The position numbers were made by a program, and so were the translations under genes. From the IMG/VR virus record IMGVR_UViG_2526164670_000014: a stretch of 36,225 nucleotides of DNA. One strand, written 5' to 3'. Below the pieces are notes generated by a model. It had not been told where the DNA came from and did no database searches. It saw only the letters and a list, made by a program, of their open reading frames with translations. This stretch comes from a virus. Its lineage: Duplodnaviria > Heunggongvirae > Uroviricota > Caudoviricetes. The number at the start of each line of letters is the position of its first letter. The stretch's first letter is position 1. Shown here piece after piece: positions 18,667 through 27,975 of this stretch.

Positions 18667-19091
18667 ACCGGTTGCTGCTGGTTATGCTGGCGTTATTACT
18701 GGCGGCGCTGGGCTGGCAGACGTGGCGGCTGGCTGATGCCAGCCAGACCATCAGCACGCAGGCAGACGAGCTGCAGCGCCAAAGCCAGGCACTGGCAAAG
18801 AGCAACAGCCAGCTTATCAGCCTGTCCATTCTGACTGAAACCAATAACCGGGAGCAGGCGCGGCTCTATGCCGAAGCAGAACAGACCAGCGCACTGCTGA
18901 GACAACGACAACGCCGGATGGAGGAACTGAAACGTGAGAACGAGTATTTACGCCGCTGGGCTGATACTCCTTTGCCTGCTGACATTATCCGGCTGCGGGA
19001 ACGTCCGGCACTCACCGGAGGTGCAGCTTACCGTCAGTGGTTGTCCGCGAGTGACGCCGTGTCGGCTGGATCAGGCAACGCCGCGCACTAA
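18663..19091 (+). CDS. Inner-membrane spanin (LysB/Rz-like)
   Basis: 142 aa, N-terminal TM anchor then coiled-coil-rich periplasmic domain; contains the o-spanin gene in the +1 frame. Confidence 0.75.
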   Translation: MNRLLLVMLALLLAALGWQTWRLADASQTISTQADELQRQSQALAKSNSQLISLSILTETNNREQARLYAEAEQTSALLRQRQRRMEELKRENEYLRRWADTPLPADIIRLRERPALTGGAAYRQWLSASDAVSAGSGNAAH

Positions 19092-19224
19092 TGGTGATCT
19101 GAACGCGTTGCTGGATGAAACGGAGGCTGCTTGGGCGGTCTGTGCAGACAAAGTGGACATGATTATTGCGTGTCAGGAGCGAAACAGTGAACAAACCACA
19201 ATCCCTGCGCCACGCCCTCAATAA
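18934..19224 (+). CDS. Outer-membrane lipoprotein spanin (LysC/Rz1-like), overlapping lysB
   Basis: 96 aa with lipobox LTLSGC after a signal peptide, proline-rich; starts inside lysB in another frame and runs into the start of R. Confidence 0.7.
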   Translation: MRTSIYAAGLILLCLLTLSGCGNVRHSPEVQLTVSGCPRVTPCRLDQATPRTNGDLNALLDETEAAWAVCADKVDMIIACQERNSEQTTIPAPRPQ

Positions 19225-19618
19225 AGCGGTGCCTTATGTCCGCAATAACCCGGACAAACTGCATCTGTTTGTGGATAACGGTTCGCTGGTTGCCACGGGG
19301 GGCAGCTCCATGTCGTGGGAGTACCGTTACACCCTGAACGCGGTGATTGAGGATTTCAGCGGCGACCAGAATCTGCTGATGGCCCCGGTTTTGCTGTGGC
19401 TGAGGGATAACCAGCCCGATGCCATCAATAACCCGGCGTTACGGGAAAAACTATTCACCTTTGAGGTGGATATTCTGCGCAACGATGTCTGTGATATCAG
19501 CCTGAACCTGCAACTGACGGAGCGTGTGCTGGTCAGCACTGACGGCAGTGTGTCGAGCGTTGAAGCTGTAGCGGAACCTGATGAACCTGAAGAAATGTGG
19601 ACGGTGAAACGTGGCTGA
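19187..19618 (+). CDS. R: Tail completion protein (P2 gpR family)
   Basis: GTG at 19187 with CAGGAG RBS (ORF track starts at 19166); position before S. Confidence 0.75.
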   Translation: MNKPQSLRHALNKAVPYVRNNPDKLHLFVDNGSLVATGGSSMSWEYRYTLNAVIEDFSGDQNLLMAPVLLWLRDNQPDAINNPALREKLFTFEVDILRNDVCDISLNLQLTERVLVSTDGSVSSVEAVAEPDEPEEMWTVKRG

Positions 19619-20057
19619 ACTGCAGAAAGTGGACGACTGGCTGAGTGCCTTGCTGGCGAATCTGGAGCCAGCCACCAGAAGTCGCATGATGCGCCAGCTG
19701 GCGCAGGAACTGCGCCGGACACAGCAGCAGAACATCAGGATGCAGCGCAACCCTGACGGCAGCAGCTATGAACCGCGACGGGTAACAACACGCAGTAAAA
19801 AAGGCCGCATCAAACGGCAGATGTTTACAAAACTTCGCACCACAAAATACCTGAAAACTGCCGCCAGCGCCGACTCTGCCAGCGTGCAGTTTGAAGGTAA
19901 GGTGCAGCGCATTGCCCGTGTTCACCATTACGGCTTGCGCGATCGCATCAGTCGCAAAGGACCTGAGGTCCGTTACGCAGAACGTCGCCTTCTGGGTGTA
20001 AATGATGATGTTGAGGCAATGACCCGCGACATGATTCTGCAATGGCTGGCGGGGTGA
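19611..20057 (+). CDS. S: Tail completion protein (P2 gpS family)
   Basis: 148 aa overlapping the R stop; synteny. Confidence 0.75.
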   Translation: MAELQKVDDWLSALLANLEPATRSRMMRQLAQELRRTQQQNIRMQRNPDGSSYEPRRVTTRSKKGRIKRQMFTKLRTTKYLKTAASADSASVQFEGKVQRIARVHHYGLRDRISRKGPEVRYAERRLLGVNDDVEAMTRDMILQWLAG

Positions 20058-20061
20058 TCTT

Positions 20062-20079
20062 TGTATCAGCACTGATACA
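20062..20079 (+). promoter_or_regulatory. Late-promoter activator dyad TGT-N12-ACA upstream of V
   Basis: TGTatcagcactgatACA, near-perfect palindrome; centre 55.5 nt upstream of the V start codon. Confidence 0.55.
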
Positions 20080-20125
20080 AGTTGCAGCACTGCCGCCTTT
20101 CTTCTCCTGATGGCAACCTTTCCCT

Positions 20126-20704
20126 ATGAACGCACAATTAACCGAAATCATGCGCCTTATCACCAACCTGATCCGCACAGGTGTAGTCACCGAAGTGGAC
20201 CGGGAAAACTGGCTTTGTCGGGTGAAAACGGGCGACCTGGAAACCAACTGGATCAGCTGGTTGACGCTGCGCGCGGGTAATGCCCGCACATGGTGGAAAC
20301 CATCGGAAGGTGAGCAGGTGGTGCTGCTGAGTCTGGGCGGCAATCTGGAGACTGCCTTTGCGCTGCCCGCTGTCTATTCGAATCAGTTCGTACCACCGTC
20401 GACGTCGGCGGACGCCTGCGTGACAGAACATCCTGACGGTGGCTGGTTTGAATACGAACCAGCAATCGGGCGCTGGTATGTCAGGGGCATCAAATCAATG
20501 GTCATTGAGGCCGCTGACAACATCACCATGAAAACCAGTGAGTTTGTACTGGAGGCTGACCGCACGCGCATTAACAGCGAAGTGGTGATCAATGGTGGCG
20601 TTACCCAGGGCGGCGGAGCGATGAGTTCTAACGGGATCGTGGTTGATGCGCATCAGCATACTGGCATCCTGAAAGGCGGAGACACAACCGGAGGCCCGGT
20701 ATGA
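20126..20704 (+). CDS. V: Baseplate spike/assembly protein (P2 gpV family)
   Basis: 192 aa; conserved C-terminal HxH/GG motifs (HQHTGILKGGDTTGGPV) recalled from P2 V; first gene of the V-W-J-I-H-G operon. Confidence 0.85.
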   Translation: MNAQLTEIMRLITNLIRTGVVTEVDRENWLCRVKTGDLETNWISWLTLRAGNARTWWKPSEGEQVVLLSLGGNLETAFALPAVYSNQFVPPSTSADACVTEHPDGGWFEYEPAIGRWYVRGIKSMVIEAADNITMKTSEFVLEADRTRINSEVVINGGVTQGGGAMSSNGIVVDAHQHTGILKGGDTTGGPV

Positions 20705-21060
20705 CGCTTTATAGCGGGATGAACAATACCAGCGGTAAAGCCATTACTGATATTGACCATCTGCGCCAGTCGGTGCGGGACATTCTGCTGACGCCGCAGG
20801 GTAGCCGCATTGCCCGTCGGGAATATGGTTCCCTGCTGTCGGCACTGATAGATCAGCCACAAAATCCGGCGTTACGCCTGCAGGTTATGTCGGCTGTGTA
20901 TGTGGCACTGAGTCGCTGGGAGCCACGGCTGACGCTGGATTCCATCACTATTAACAGCAATTTTGACGGTTCAATGGTGGTGGAGCTGACCGGACGGCGG
21001 AATAACGGTGTGCCTGTGTCCCTTTCAGTATCAACAGGAGCAGAGAATGGCAGTGATTGA
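20701..21060 (+). CDS. W: Baseplate protein (P2 gpW / T4 gp25-like)
   Basis: 119 aa; synteny and size. Confidence 0.8.
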   Translation: MTLYSGMNNTSGKAITDIDHLRQSVRDILLTPQGSRIARREYGSLLSALIDQPQNPALRLQVMSAVYVALSRWEPRLTLDSITINSNFDGSMVVELTGRRNNGVPVSLSVSTGAENGSD

Positions 21061-21955
21061 CCTTTCGCAGTTGCCTGCACCGCAGATTGTGGATGTGCCG
21101 GACTTTGAGACGCTGCTTGCCGAACGCAAGGCCCAATTTGTTGCGCTTCATCCGAAAGATGAGCAGGAAGCCGTGATCCGCACGCTGGAACTGGAATCTG
21201 AACCCGTCACTAAATTGTTGCAGGAGAACGCTTACCGTGAGTTGCTTCTGCGCCAGCGCATTAACGAAGCCGCGCAGGCGGTGATGGTGGCTTACGCGAT
21301 GGGCGGCGATCTTGACCAGCTCGCTGCCAACTACAACGTGACACGCCTGACGGTGACGCCTGCTGATAATGATGCTGTGCCGCCCGTTGCAGCTGTGATG
21401 GAAAGCGATGAAGCGTTACGCCTGCGTGTGCCTGCAGCCTTTGAGGGGCTTTCTGTTGCGGGGCCAACTGCAGCTTATGAATTTCATGCCCGAAGCGCCG
21501 ACGGTCGGGTAGCGGATGCCAGTGCAACCAGCCCGGCACCGGCAGAGGTGGTGCTGACTGTCCTTAGCCGCGAAGGCGATGGAACTGCAGAAAAAGACCT
21601 GCTGGACGTGGTGGAAAAAGCTCTGAACAGTGAGAACGTCCGCCCGGTGGCTGACCGTCTTACGGTTCGCAGCGCAGAAATCATCCCGTATCGCGTGGAA
21701 GCCACCATTTTTCTCTATCCGGGACCGGAAGCAGAGCCGGTAATGGCAGCGGCAAAAGCCAGTCTGCAGAAGTACATTGCCAGCCAGACGAGGCTTGGTC
21801 GGGATATTCGCCGTAGCGCCATCTTTGCTGCTCTGCATGTTGAGGGTGTTCAACGTGTGGAACTGGCTTCTCCGCTGGCGGATGTGGTCCTGAACAAAAC
21901 ACAGGCGGCATCATGTACGCAGTGGAGCGTAACCAACGGAGGAACGGATGAATAG
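21047..21955 (+). CDS. J: Baseplate wedge protein (P2 gpJ family)
   Basis: 302 aa from the ATG at 21047 (MAVIDLSQLP); ORF-track start at 21008 would overlap W too far. Confidence 0.8.
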   Translation: MAVIDLSQLPAPQIVDVPDFETLLAERKAQFVALHPKDEQEAVIRTLELESEPVTKLLQENAYRELLLRQRINEAAQAVMVAYAMGGDLDQLAANYNVTRLTVTPADNDAVPPVAAVMESDEALRLRVPAAFEGLSVAGPTAAYEFHARSADGRVADASATSPAPAEVVLTVLSREGDGTAEKDLLDVVEKALNSENVRPVADRLTVRSAEIIPYRVEATIFLYPGPEAEPVMAAAKASLQKYIASQTRLGRDIRRSAIFAALHVEGVQRVELASPLADVVLNKTQAASCTQWSVTNGGTDE

Positions 21956-22553
21956 TCTGCTGCCACCGGGTTCAACTTCACTGGAGCGCCGACTGGCGCA
22001 AACCTGTAGCGGGATTTCTGATCTGCAGGTGCCGCTGCGTGACTTGTGGAATCCGGCTACCTGTCCGGTCAGCTTCCTGCCTTATCTCGCCTGGGCGTTC
22101 TCTGTGGATCGCTGGGACGAGGGCTGGACAGAAAGCGTCAAACGCCAGGTAGTGAAGGATGCTTTTTATATTCATCAGCATAAAGGAACTACCAGTGCCG
22201 TGCGGCGGGTGGTGGAACCGTTCGGATTCCTGATCCGCATTATTGAGTGGTGGCAGACCGGAGAAACACCGGGCACGTTTCGCCTGGATATCGGCGTGCA
22301 GGACCAGGGCATCACTGAAGATACCTATCTGGAACTTGAGCGGCTGATAAGCGATGCCAAACCATGTAGCCGTCACATGATCGGCATGTCCATCAATCTG
22401 CAGACCAGCGGTCCGCATTGGGTGGGGGCCGCCAGCTATCTTGGCGAAGAAATCACGATCTATCCGTATATCAACGAAACAATTATTTCTGGCGGCACCG
22501 CGCATGAAGGCGGGGCGGTCCATGTTATTGACACAATGAGAGTGAATCCATGA
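21948..22553 (+). CDS. I: Baseplate protein (P2 gpI family)
   Basis: 201 aa; synteny between J and H. Confidence 0.8.
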   Translation: MNSLLPPGSTSLERRLAQTCSGISDLQVPLRDLWNPATCPVSFLPYLAWAFSVDRWDEGWTESVKRQVVKDAFYIHQHKGTTSAVRRVVEPFGFLIRIIEWWQTGETPGTFRLDIGVQDQGITEDTYLELERLISDAKPCSRHMIGMSINLQTSGPHWVGAASYLGEEITIYPYINETIISGGTAHEGGAVHVIDTMRVNP

Positions 22554-23947
22554 GCACAAAATTTTATACCCTGCTGACGGATATTGGCGCGGCGAAACTT
22601 GCCAGCGCCGCCGCGCTCGGTGTGCCGCTAAAAATTACCCATATGGCGGTCGGCGATGGCGGCGGAGTATTACCGACGCCGGACGCAAAGCAGACGGCAC
22701 TGGTAAATGAGAAACGCCGGGCTGCGTTGAATATGCTTTATATCGACCCGCAGAACAGTAGCCAGATTATTGCTGAACAGGTGATCCCTGAAAACGAGGG
22801 CGGTTGGTGGATACGTGAAGTGGGCCTGTTTGATGAGTCCGGGGCATTGATTGCCGTGGGAAACTGCCCGGAAAGCTATAAGCCGCAACTGGCTGAAGGC
22901 AGCGGGCGTACCCAGACCGTGCGCATGGTGCTGATTACCAGCAGCACGGACAATATCACCCTGAAAATCGACCCTGCCGTAGTGCTGGCAACCCGCAAGT
23001 ATGTGGATGATAAGGTACTGGAGCTGAAGGTGTACGTGGATGATCAGATGGCAAAACATCTTGCAGCACAGGACCCGCATTCACAGTATGCACCCAAAGA
23101 AAGTCCTACGTTTACCGGGACACCCAAAGCGCCAACGCCAGCGGCGGGGAATAACACCACGCAGGTTGCGACCACCGCGTTTGTTCAGGCGGCACTGACG
23201 GCTCTTATTAATGGTGCGCCAGCCACGCTGGACACGCTGAAAGAAATTGCCGCAGCCATAAACAATGACCCGAAATTCAGTACCACCATTAACAATGCGC
23301 TGGCACTGAAAGCGCCGCTGTCGAGTCCGGCACTCACCGGAACGCCAACAGCACCTACTGCGGCACAGTCGGTCAACAATACACAGATTGCCACCACGGC
23401 ATTTGTGAAATCGGCGATTGCGGCAATGGTGGGTTCTGCACCTGCGGCACTGGATACACTGAACGAACTGGCGGCGGCACTGGGGAATGATCCGAACTTT
23501 GCCACGACAATGCTTAATGCGCTGTCAGGTAAACAACCGCTGGACAATACGCTTACCAATTTGAGTGGAAAGGATGTAGCTGGTCTTCTCACATACCTTG
23601 GTTTGGGAGAAGCGGCAAAACGGAATGTGGGAACAGGGGAAAATCAGATACCAGATATGTCTGCATTTCCATCTGGCAAAAACTGGTTTCAGTTACCAAG
23701 TGGTCATATTGTCCAAATGTTTTCGATGAATGTTTATGGGGCGGACACTAACGGAACTACAGGTAATTTCCCTATTGCATTTCCTTCAGGCGCACTGGCT
23801 GTTAGTGCCTTATGGTCAGATGGCACATTAACGGCTGCTCCGACCTTTAAACTTATGGGGTACACGACAACAAGGACATCAGTAACCTTAAAAGTATCAA
23901 CCGGAAATGGTTTGTATGGAACTATGATTATCGCAATAGGAAGATAA
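22550..23947 (+). CDS. H: Tail fibre protein (P2 gpH family), with the currently expressed variable C-terminus
   Basis: N-terminus MSTKFYTLLTDIGAAKLASAAALG...MAVGDGGG recalled from P2 H; internal tandem repeat; C-terminal portion after 23600 lies inside the invertible segment. Confidence 0.85.
   Translation: MSTKFYTLLTDIGAAKLASAAALGVPLKITHMAVGDGGGVLPTPDAKQTALVNEKRRAALNMLYIDPQNSSQIIAEQVIPENEGGWWIREVGLFDESGALIAVGNCPESYKPQLAEGSGRTQTVRMVLITSSTDNITLKIDPAVVLATRKYVDDKVLELKVYVDDQMAKHLAAQDPHSQYAPKESPTFTGTPKAPTPAAGNNTTQVATTAFVQAALTALINGAPATLDTLKEIAAAINNDPKFSTTINNALALKAPLSSPALTGTPTAPTAAQSVNNTQIATTAFVKSAIAAMVGSAPAALDTLNELAAALGNDPNFATTMLNALSGKQPLDNTLTNLSGKDVAGLLTYLGLGEAAKRNVGTGENQIPDMSAFPSGKNWFQLPSGHIVQMFSMNVYGADTNGTTGNFPIAFPSGALAVSALWSDGTLTAAPTFKLMGYTTTRTSVTLKVSTGNGLYGTMIIAIGR
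23586..23611 (+). repeat. Invertase crossover site 1 (gix/hix/cix-like 26-bp site) inside H
   Basis: TTCTCACATACC-TT-GGTTTGGGAGAA; the right half plus centre is a perfect 14-bp inverted repeat of 25434-25447. Confidence 0.7.
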
Positions 23948-23948
23948 T

Positions 23949-24392
23949 ATGAATCAATATATTTATTCCCCTTCGGAAAATGCATTTTATGCTGTTAATT
24001 TAAAAAATACTTATGAAGTAAATGGAACATGGCCCGCTGATGCATTAGATATTCCTGATGACATTTCTGTAAAATATATGGCGGAACCGCCACAAGGGAA
24101 AATCCGAGTTGCAGGGGAAAATGGTTTTCCCACATGGGCTGAAATACCTCCACCATCACATGAGGAACTTATTGAACAGGCCGAATCAGAGAGGCAATTA
24201 TTGATTAACCATGCCAACGAATACATGAACAGTAGGCAATGGTCTGGTAAAGCAGCTATTGGTCGCCTGAAGGGGGACGAGCTGGCGCAATATAATTTGT
24301 GGCTGGATTATCTGGACGCACTGGAACTGGTCGATACTTCCGGGGCGCCAGATATTGAATGGCCTACGCCTCCGGCAGTTCAGGCCAGATGA
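23949..24392 (+). CDS. G: Tail fibre assembly chaperone (P2 gpG family), orientation A
   Basis: 147 aa immediately after H, inside the invertible segment. Confidence 0.75.
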   Translation: MNQYIYSPSENAFYAVNLKNTYEVNGTWPADALDIPDDISVKYMAEPPQGKIRVAGENGFPTWAEIPPPSHEELIEQAESERQLLINHANEYMNSRQWSGKAAIGRLKGDELAQYNLWLDYLDALELVDTSGAPDIEWPTPPAVQAR

Positions 24393-24966
24393 CATCCGGC
24401 GCTGTGCTGGTATTTGTTGCCGTCACCGCGTCAATGTAATCCAGCACAGCGTTAAGCCGGGTTGTTTCTGCCTGCATCAACTTCCGTCCGGCCTGTAATT
24501 TCAGCTGAATCAGACTGATGGAAGCCATTGCAGCATCAATCAGTGACTGACGCTGTGCTTCTGCCGCGTCTACTGCGGCGCTATGCTGTGCCTCAGTATC
24601 GGTCACCCATTTCTCACCATCCCATTTATCGTATGGCGTTAATGGGGCGATAGTGGTTGTATTTTCGGGGTAATCACCCGGTGCTGTGATTTCTTTGGCA
24701 TCTCCCGTTTCGGTGTTATAGACGATTTCACCGCGATGGTCTGGCACATATTCCCATGAATTTAAATCTACAGAACGGCAAATTGTATAACCAGCCTTAT
24801 ATGTACTAGGAGCGTCTAAACAGGAATATGCTGGAATACCGACACCCACTGCAAGATATTCAGTTGATGCAGAAATATATTCCCGAGTTTCACCATCGTA
24901 GTTATAAACGGTAATATTCCCCGCCTTCGTGGCAATAAACTCGCTATTTAATACTGCGTTATCCAT
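24364..24966 (-). CDS. Alternative tail fibre assembly chaperone (G'), orientation B
   Basis: 200-aa ORF on the opposite strand, convergent with G and downstream of the alternative fibre cassette; C-terminal block similar to the G C-terminus (W..YLDAL/AVLDYIDAV..T...PDI.WP.PP). Confidence 0.7.
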   Translation of the reverse strand: MDNAVLNSEFIATKAGNITVYNYDGETREYISASTEYLAVGVGIPAYSCLDAPSTYKAGYTICRSVDLNSWEYVPDHRGEIVYNTETGDAKEITAPGDYPENTTTIAPLTPYDKWDGEKWVTDTEAQHSAAVDAAEAQRQSLIDAAMASISLIQLKLQAGRKLMQAETTRLNAVLDYIDAVTATNTSTAPDVIWPELPEA

Positions 24967-25445
24967 TATGCAGCCCTCACGATAAAGTTAAATGCAATAT
25001 TTCGTGGACGGGTCTCACTCCCACCAGTATTACCGATACTCCCTCGTGAATGAAGTGTCGGTGATGGGATCAGACTCCCTCCTGTATTTGTGGCATCAAG
25101 TCCCCGTCCTTGTGTGTATGTTTTTTTGAAAATCGTAGCCAGTTCCCATTCATCTTTTGTGTCGTAACCATCATTGGCAACAACAATATGGCGGTGTTTT
25201 TCCAGCATCCCAGCCTGAAGGCTCAATAAAGCACGTCCAGCATCAATACCACGCCCGTCATCCCAGCCACGAATAAACTCACCACGTAAATCTGGCAATT
25301 TATTTGTCGGGTAAGCCTTTGCCAGTTCCGGGTATTCTTCAGCAGAAAAAGCTGCTCCGTTGCATTTCAGCCAGCCTGTTGGCGGAGTGGCTGAAGGCCA
25401 CGGAACAGGGACACCAACAGGTAATGCAGAGCCTTCTCCCAAACC
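24966..25445 (-). CDS. Alternative tail-fibre C-terminal cassette (Hv'), promoterless until inversion
   Basis: Reverse-strand ORF beginning at crossover site 2 in the same frame as H relative to the shared GLGE codons; contains tail-fibre receptor-binding motifs (PTGW..C.G...S..EYPEL...LPDLRGEFIRG). Confidence 0.7.
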   Translation of the reverse strand, partial: GLGEGSALPVGVPVPWPSATPPTGWLKCNGAAFSAEEYPELAKAYPTNKLPDLRGEFIRGWDDGRGIDAGRALLSLQAGMLEKHRHIVVANDGYDTKDEWELATIFKKTYTQGRGLDATNTGGSLIPSPTLHSRGSIGNTGGSETRPRNIAFNFIVRAA

Positions 25446-25459
25446 AACGTTTAAGAAAA
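25434..25459 (+). repeat. Invertase crossover site 2 (gix/hix/cix-like 26-bp site)
   Basis: TTCTCCCAAACC-AA-CGTTTAAGAAAA; inverted relative to site 1; about 55 bp upstream of the invertase start. Confidence 0.7.
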
Positions 25460-25514
25460 TGCAGCGATTACGACTAACTGGCATCATCCCCGGTTTTTAT
25501 TCAGGGGATTGATC

Positions 25515-26081
25515 ATGCTTATTGGCTATGTACGCGTGTCAACAAATGACCAGAACACCGATTTGCAACGTAATGCACTGAACTGCGCGGGATGTGAGCG
25601 GATTTTTGAGGACAAAATCAGTGGCACTAAGTCCGACAGACCGGGGCTTAAAAAACTGCTCAGGACACTATCGGCAGGTGACACACTGGTTGTCTGGAAG
25701 CTGGACAGGTTGGGGCGCAGTATGCGGCATCTTGTTACGCTGATAGAAGAGTTGCGCCAGCGCGGCGTGAATTTCCGAAGCCTGACTGACAGTATTGATA
25801 CCAGTACCCCAATGGGCCGTTTCTTTTTTCATGTCATGGGTGCCCTGGCTGAAATGGAACGCGAACTGATAGTTGAACGTACCAGGGCAGGGCTGGCTGC
25901 AGCTCGTGCTAAAGGCAGAGTAGGTGGACGCCGTCCTAAGTTGACTACCGAACAGTGGGCACAGATTGGACGTTTACTCGAGGCCGGAGAATCAAGACAG
26001 CGTATTGCACTGATTTTTGATGTAGGCGTTTCTACCATTTATAGAAAATTTCCGGCAAATAAGAGCAATGAATCTCCCTGA
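25515..26081 (+). CDS. Serine DNA invertase (Gin/Cin/Pin/Hin family)
   Basis: 188 aa from the ATG at 25515; N-terminal GYVRVSTNDQ with catalytic Ser, resolvase core, C-terminal HTH (GESRQRIALIFDVGVSTIYRKF). Confidence 0.9.
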   Translation: MLIGYVRVSTNDQNTDLQRNALNCAGCERIFEDKISGTKSDRPGLKKLLRTLSAGDTLVVWKLDRLGRSMRHLVTLIEELRQRGVNFRSLTDSIDTSTPMGRFFFHVMGALAEMERELIVERTRAGLAAARAKGRVGGRRPKLTTEQWAQIGRLLEAGESRQRIALIFDVGVSTIYRKFPANKSNESP

Positions 26082-26129
26082 ATCAGCATTATTTTGATTA
26101 TTCCTGCAAGCGGAAAAATACCGTCATTT

Positions 26130-26147
26130 TGTGTGAATAACGGTACA
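26130..26147 (+). promoter_or_regulatory. Late-promoter activator dyad TGT-N12-ACA upstream of FI
   Basis: TGTgtgaataacggtACA, nearly identical arms to the P/O dyad; centre 85.5 nt upstream of the FI start codon. Confidence 0.55.
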
Positions 26148-26223
26148 ACTGCGCTTAGCTGTTTGTCGGACACAATCACTTCAACATAGGGCGAAGCCTA
26201 ATCCAATCAGGAGGTTCGCCGCT

Positions 26224-27396
26224 ATGGCTCAGGATTACCACCACGGGGTGCGCGTTGTTGAAGTCAACGAAGGCACCCGATCCATTACCACGGTGAGCAC
26301 CGCCATCGTGGGTATGGTCTGCACGGGCGATGATGCCGATGCAAAAATGTTTCCTCTTAATAAACCCGTGCTGATCACTGATGTGCTGACTGCCAGCGGT
26401 AAAGCGGGTGAGTCCGGTACGCTGGCCCGTTCGCTGGACGCCATCGCTGACCAGGCAAAACCCGTGACCGTTGTTGTGCGTGTGCCGCAGGGTGAAACGG
26501 AAGAAGAAACCACGACCAATATCATCGGAGCAGTGACCGCTGAAGGTAAAAAAACAGGCATGAAAGCCTTGTTATCTGCCCAGTCACAGCTTGGCGTTAA
26601 ACCGCGCATTCTCGGCGTGCCAGGCCACGACACCAAGGCGGTAGCTACTGAGTTGCTGAGCGTGGCGCAAAGCCTGCGTGGATTTGCTTACCTGTCAGCG
26701 TATGGCTGCAAGACGGTACAGGAGGCGATCACTTACCGTGAAAACTTCAGCCAGCGCGAAGGGATGCTGATCTGGCCTGACTTTACTGGCTGGGACACGG
26801 TGCTGAATGCCGAAGCAACGGCATATGCCACCGCCCGTGCGCTTGGTCTGCGCGCCAAAATTGACGAGCAGACCGGATGGCACAAAAGCCTGTCCAACGT
26901 GGGCGTGAACGGTGTCACCGGAATTTCTGCTGATGTGTTCTGGGATCTGCAGGACACGGCAACAGATGCGGGACTGCTGAACCAGAACGACGTCACCACC
27001 CTTATCCGCAAAGACGGTTTCCGCTTCTGGGGTTCCCGCTGCCTGAGTGATGACCCGCTCTTTGCCTTCGAAAACTACACCCGCACGGCGCAAGTACTTA
27101 TGGACACAATGGCAGAAGCGCATATGTGGGCGGTGGACAAACCGCTGAACCCGTCGTTGGCCCGCGACATTATCGAAGGTATCCGCGCCAAAATGCGCAG
27201 CCTGGTCAGTCAGGGCTATCTCATTGGTGGTGATTGCTGGCTGGATGAGTCGGTGAACGACAAAGACACGCTGAAAGCCGGGAAGCTCACCATCGACTAC
27301 GACTACACGCCAGTGCCGCCACTTGAAAACCTGATGCTGCGTCAGCGCATCACCGATCAGTACCTGGTGAATTTCTCCAGCCAGGTCAGCGCGTAA
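26224..27396 (+). CDS. FI: Contractile tail sheath protein (P2 gpFI family)
   Basis: 390 aa; AGGAGG RBS; position before the tube gene. Confidence 0.85.
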   Translation: MAQDYHHGVRVVEVNEGTRSITTVSTAIVGMVCTGDDADAKMFPLNKPVLITDVLTASGKAGESGTLARSLDAIADQAKPVTVVVRVPQGETEEETTTNIIGAVTAEGKKTGMKALLSAQSQLGVKPRILGVPGHDTKAVATELLSVAQSLRGFAYLSAYGCKTVQEAITYRENFSQREGMLIWPDFTGWDTVLNAEATAYATARALGLRAKIDEQTGWHKSLSNVGVNGVTGISADVFWDLQDTATDAGLLNQNDVTTLIRKDGFRFWGSRCLSDDPLFAFENYTRTAQVLMDTMAEAHMWAVDKPLNPSLARDIIEGIRAKMRSLVSQGYLIGGDCWLDESVNDKDTLKAGKLTIDYDYTPVPPLENLMLRQRITDQYLVNFSSQVSA

Positions 27397-27405
27397 GGGG
27401 ACAAC

Positions 27406-27921
27406 ATGGCTTTACCACGCAAATTAAAACACCTGAACCTGTTTAACGACGGGAACAACTGGCAGGGGATCGTTGAGTCGCTGACGCTGCCGAAATTCAC
27501 CCGCAAATATGAGAAGTATCGCGGCGGCGGAATGCCGGGGGCGGTGGATGTGGATCTGGGGCTTGATGACAGTGCTCTGGACACAGAATTTTCCATTGGT
27601 GGTACTGAGCTGCTGCTGTTTAAGCAGATGGGCAAAGCCACGGTGGATGGCATCCAGTTGCGCTTTACCGGCTCTATCCAGCGTGATGATACCGGGGAAG
27701 TGCAGGCCGTGGAGCTTGTGGTGCGTGGACGTCACAAAGAAGTGGATTCCGGCGAGTGGAAGACGGGCGAAAGCAACACCACTAAAGTGACCAGTACCAA
27801 CAGCTACGCGAAGCTGACTATCAATGGTGAGGTGCTCTATGAAGTGGACCTTATCAACATGGTGGAAATTGTGGACGGTGTGGACCTGATGGAAGCGCAC
27901 CGCAACGCCCTCGGCCTCTGA
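27406..27921 (+). CDS. FII: Tail tube protein (P2 gpFII family)
   Basis: 171 aa directly after the sheath gene. Confidence 0.85.
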   Translation: MALPRKLKHLNLFNDGNNWQGIVESLTLPKFTRKYEKYRGGGMPGAVDVDLGLDDSALDTEFSIGGTELLLFKQMGKATVDGIQLRFTGSIQRDDTGEVQAVELVVRGRHKEVDSGEWKTGESNTTKVTSTNSYAKLTINGEVLYEVDLINMVEIVDGVDLMEAHRNALGL

Positions 27922-27975
27922 TGTATCTGAACGGCGCGGAATGCCGCGCCAGAACCTAATTTACAGGACAGCAAA

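Noticed and set aside
25480-25510. ccggtttttattcagg next to the invertase start considered as the crossover site
   Set aside because: Only one half resembles a Din-family half-site and it has no inverted partner inside H; the sites at 23586-23611 and 25434-25459 form a perfect 14-bp inverted core and give an in-frame fusion.
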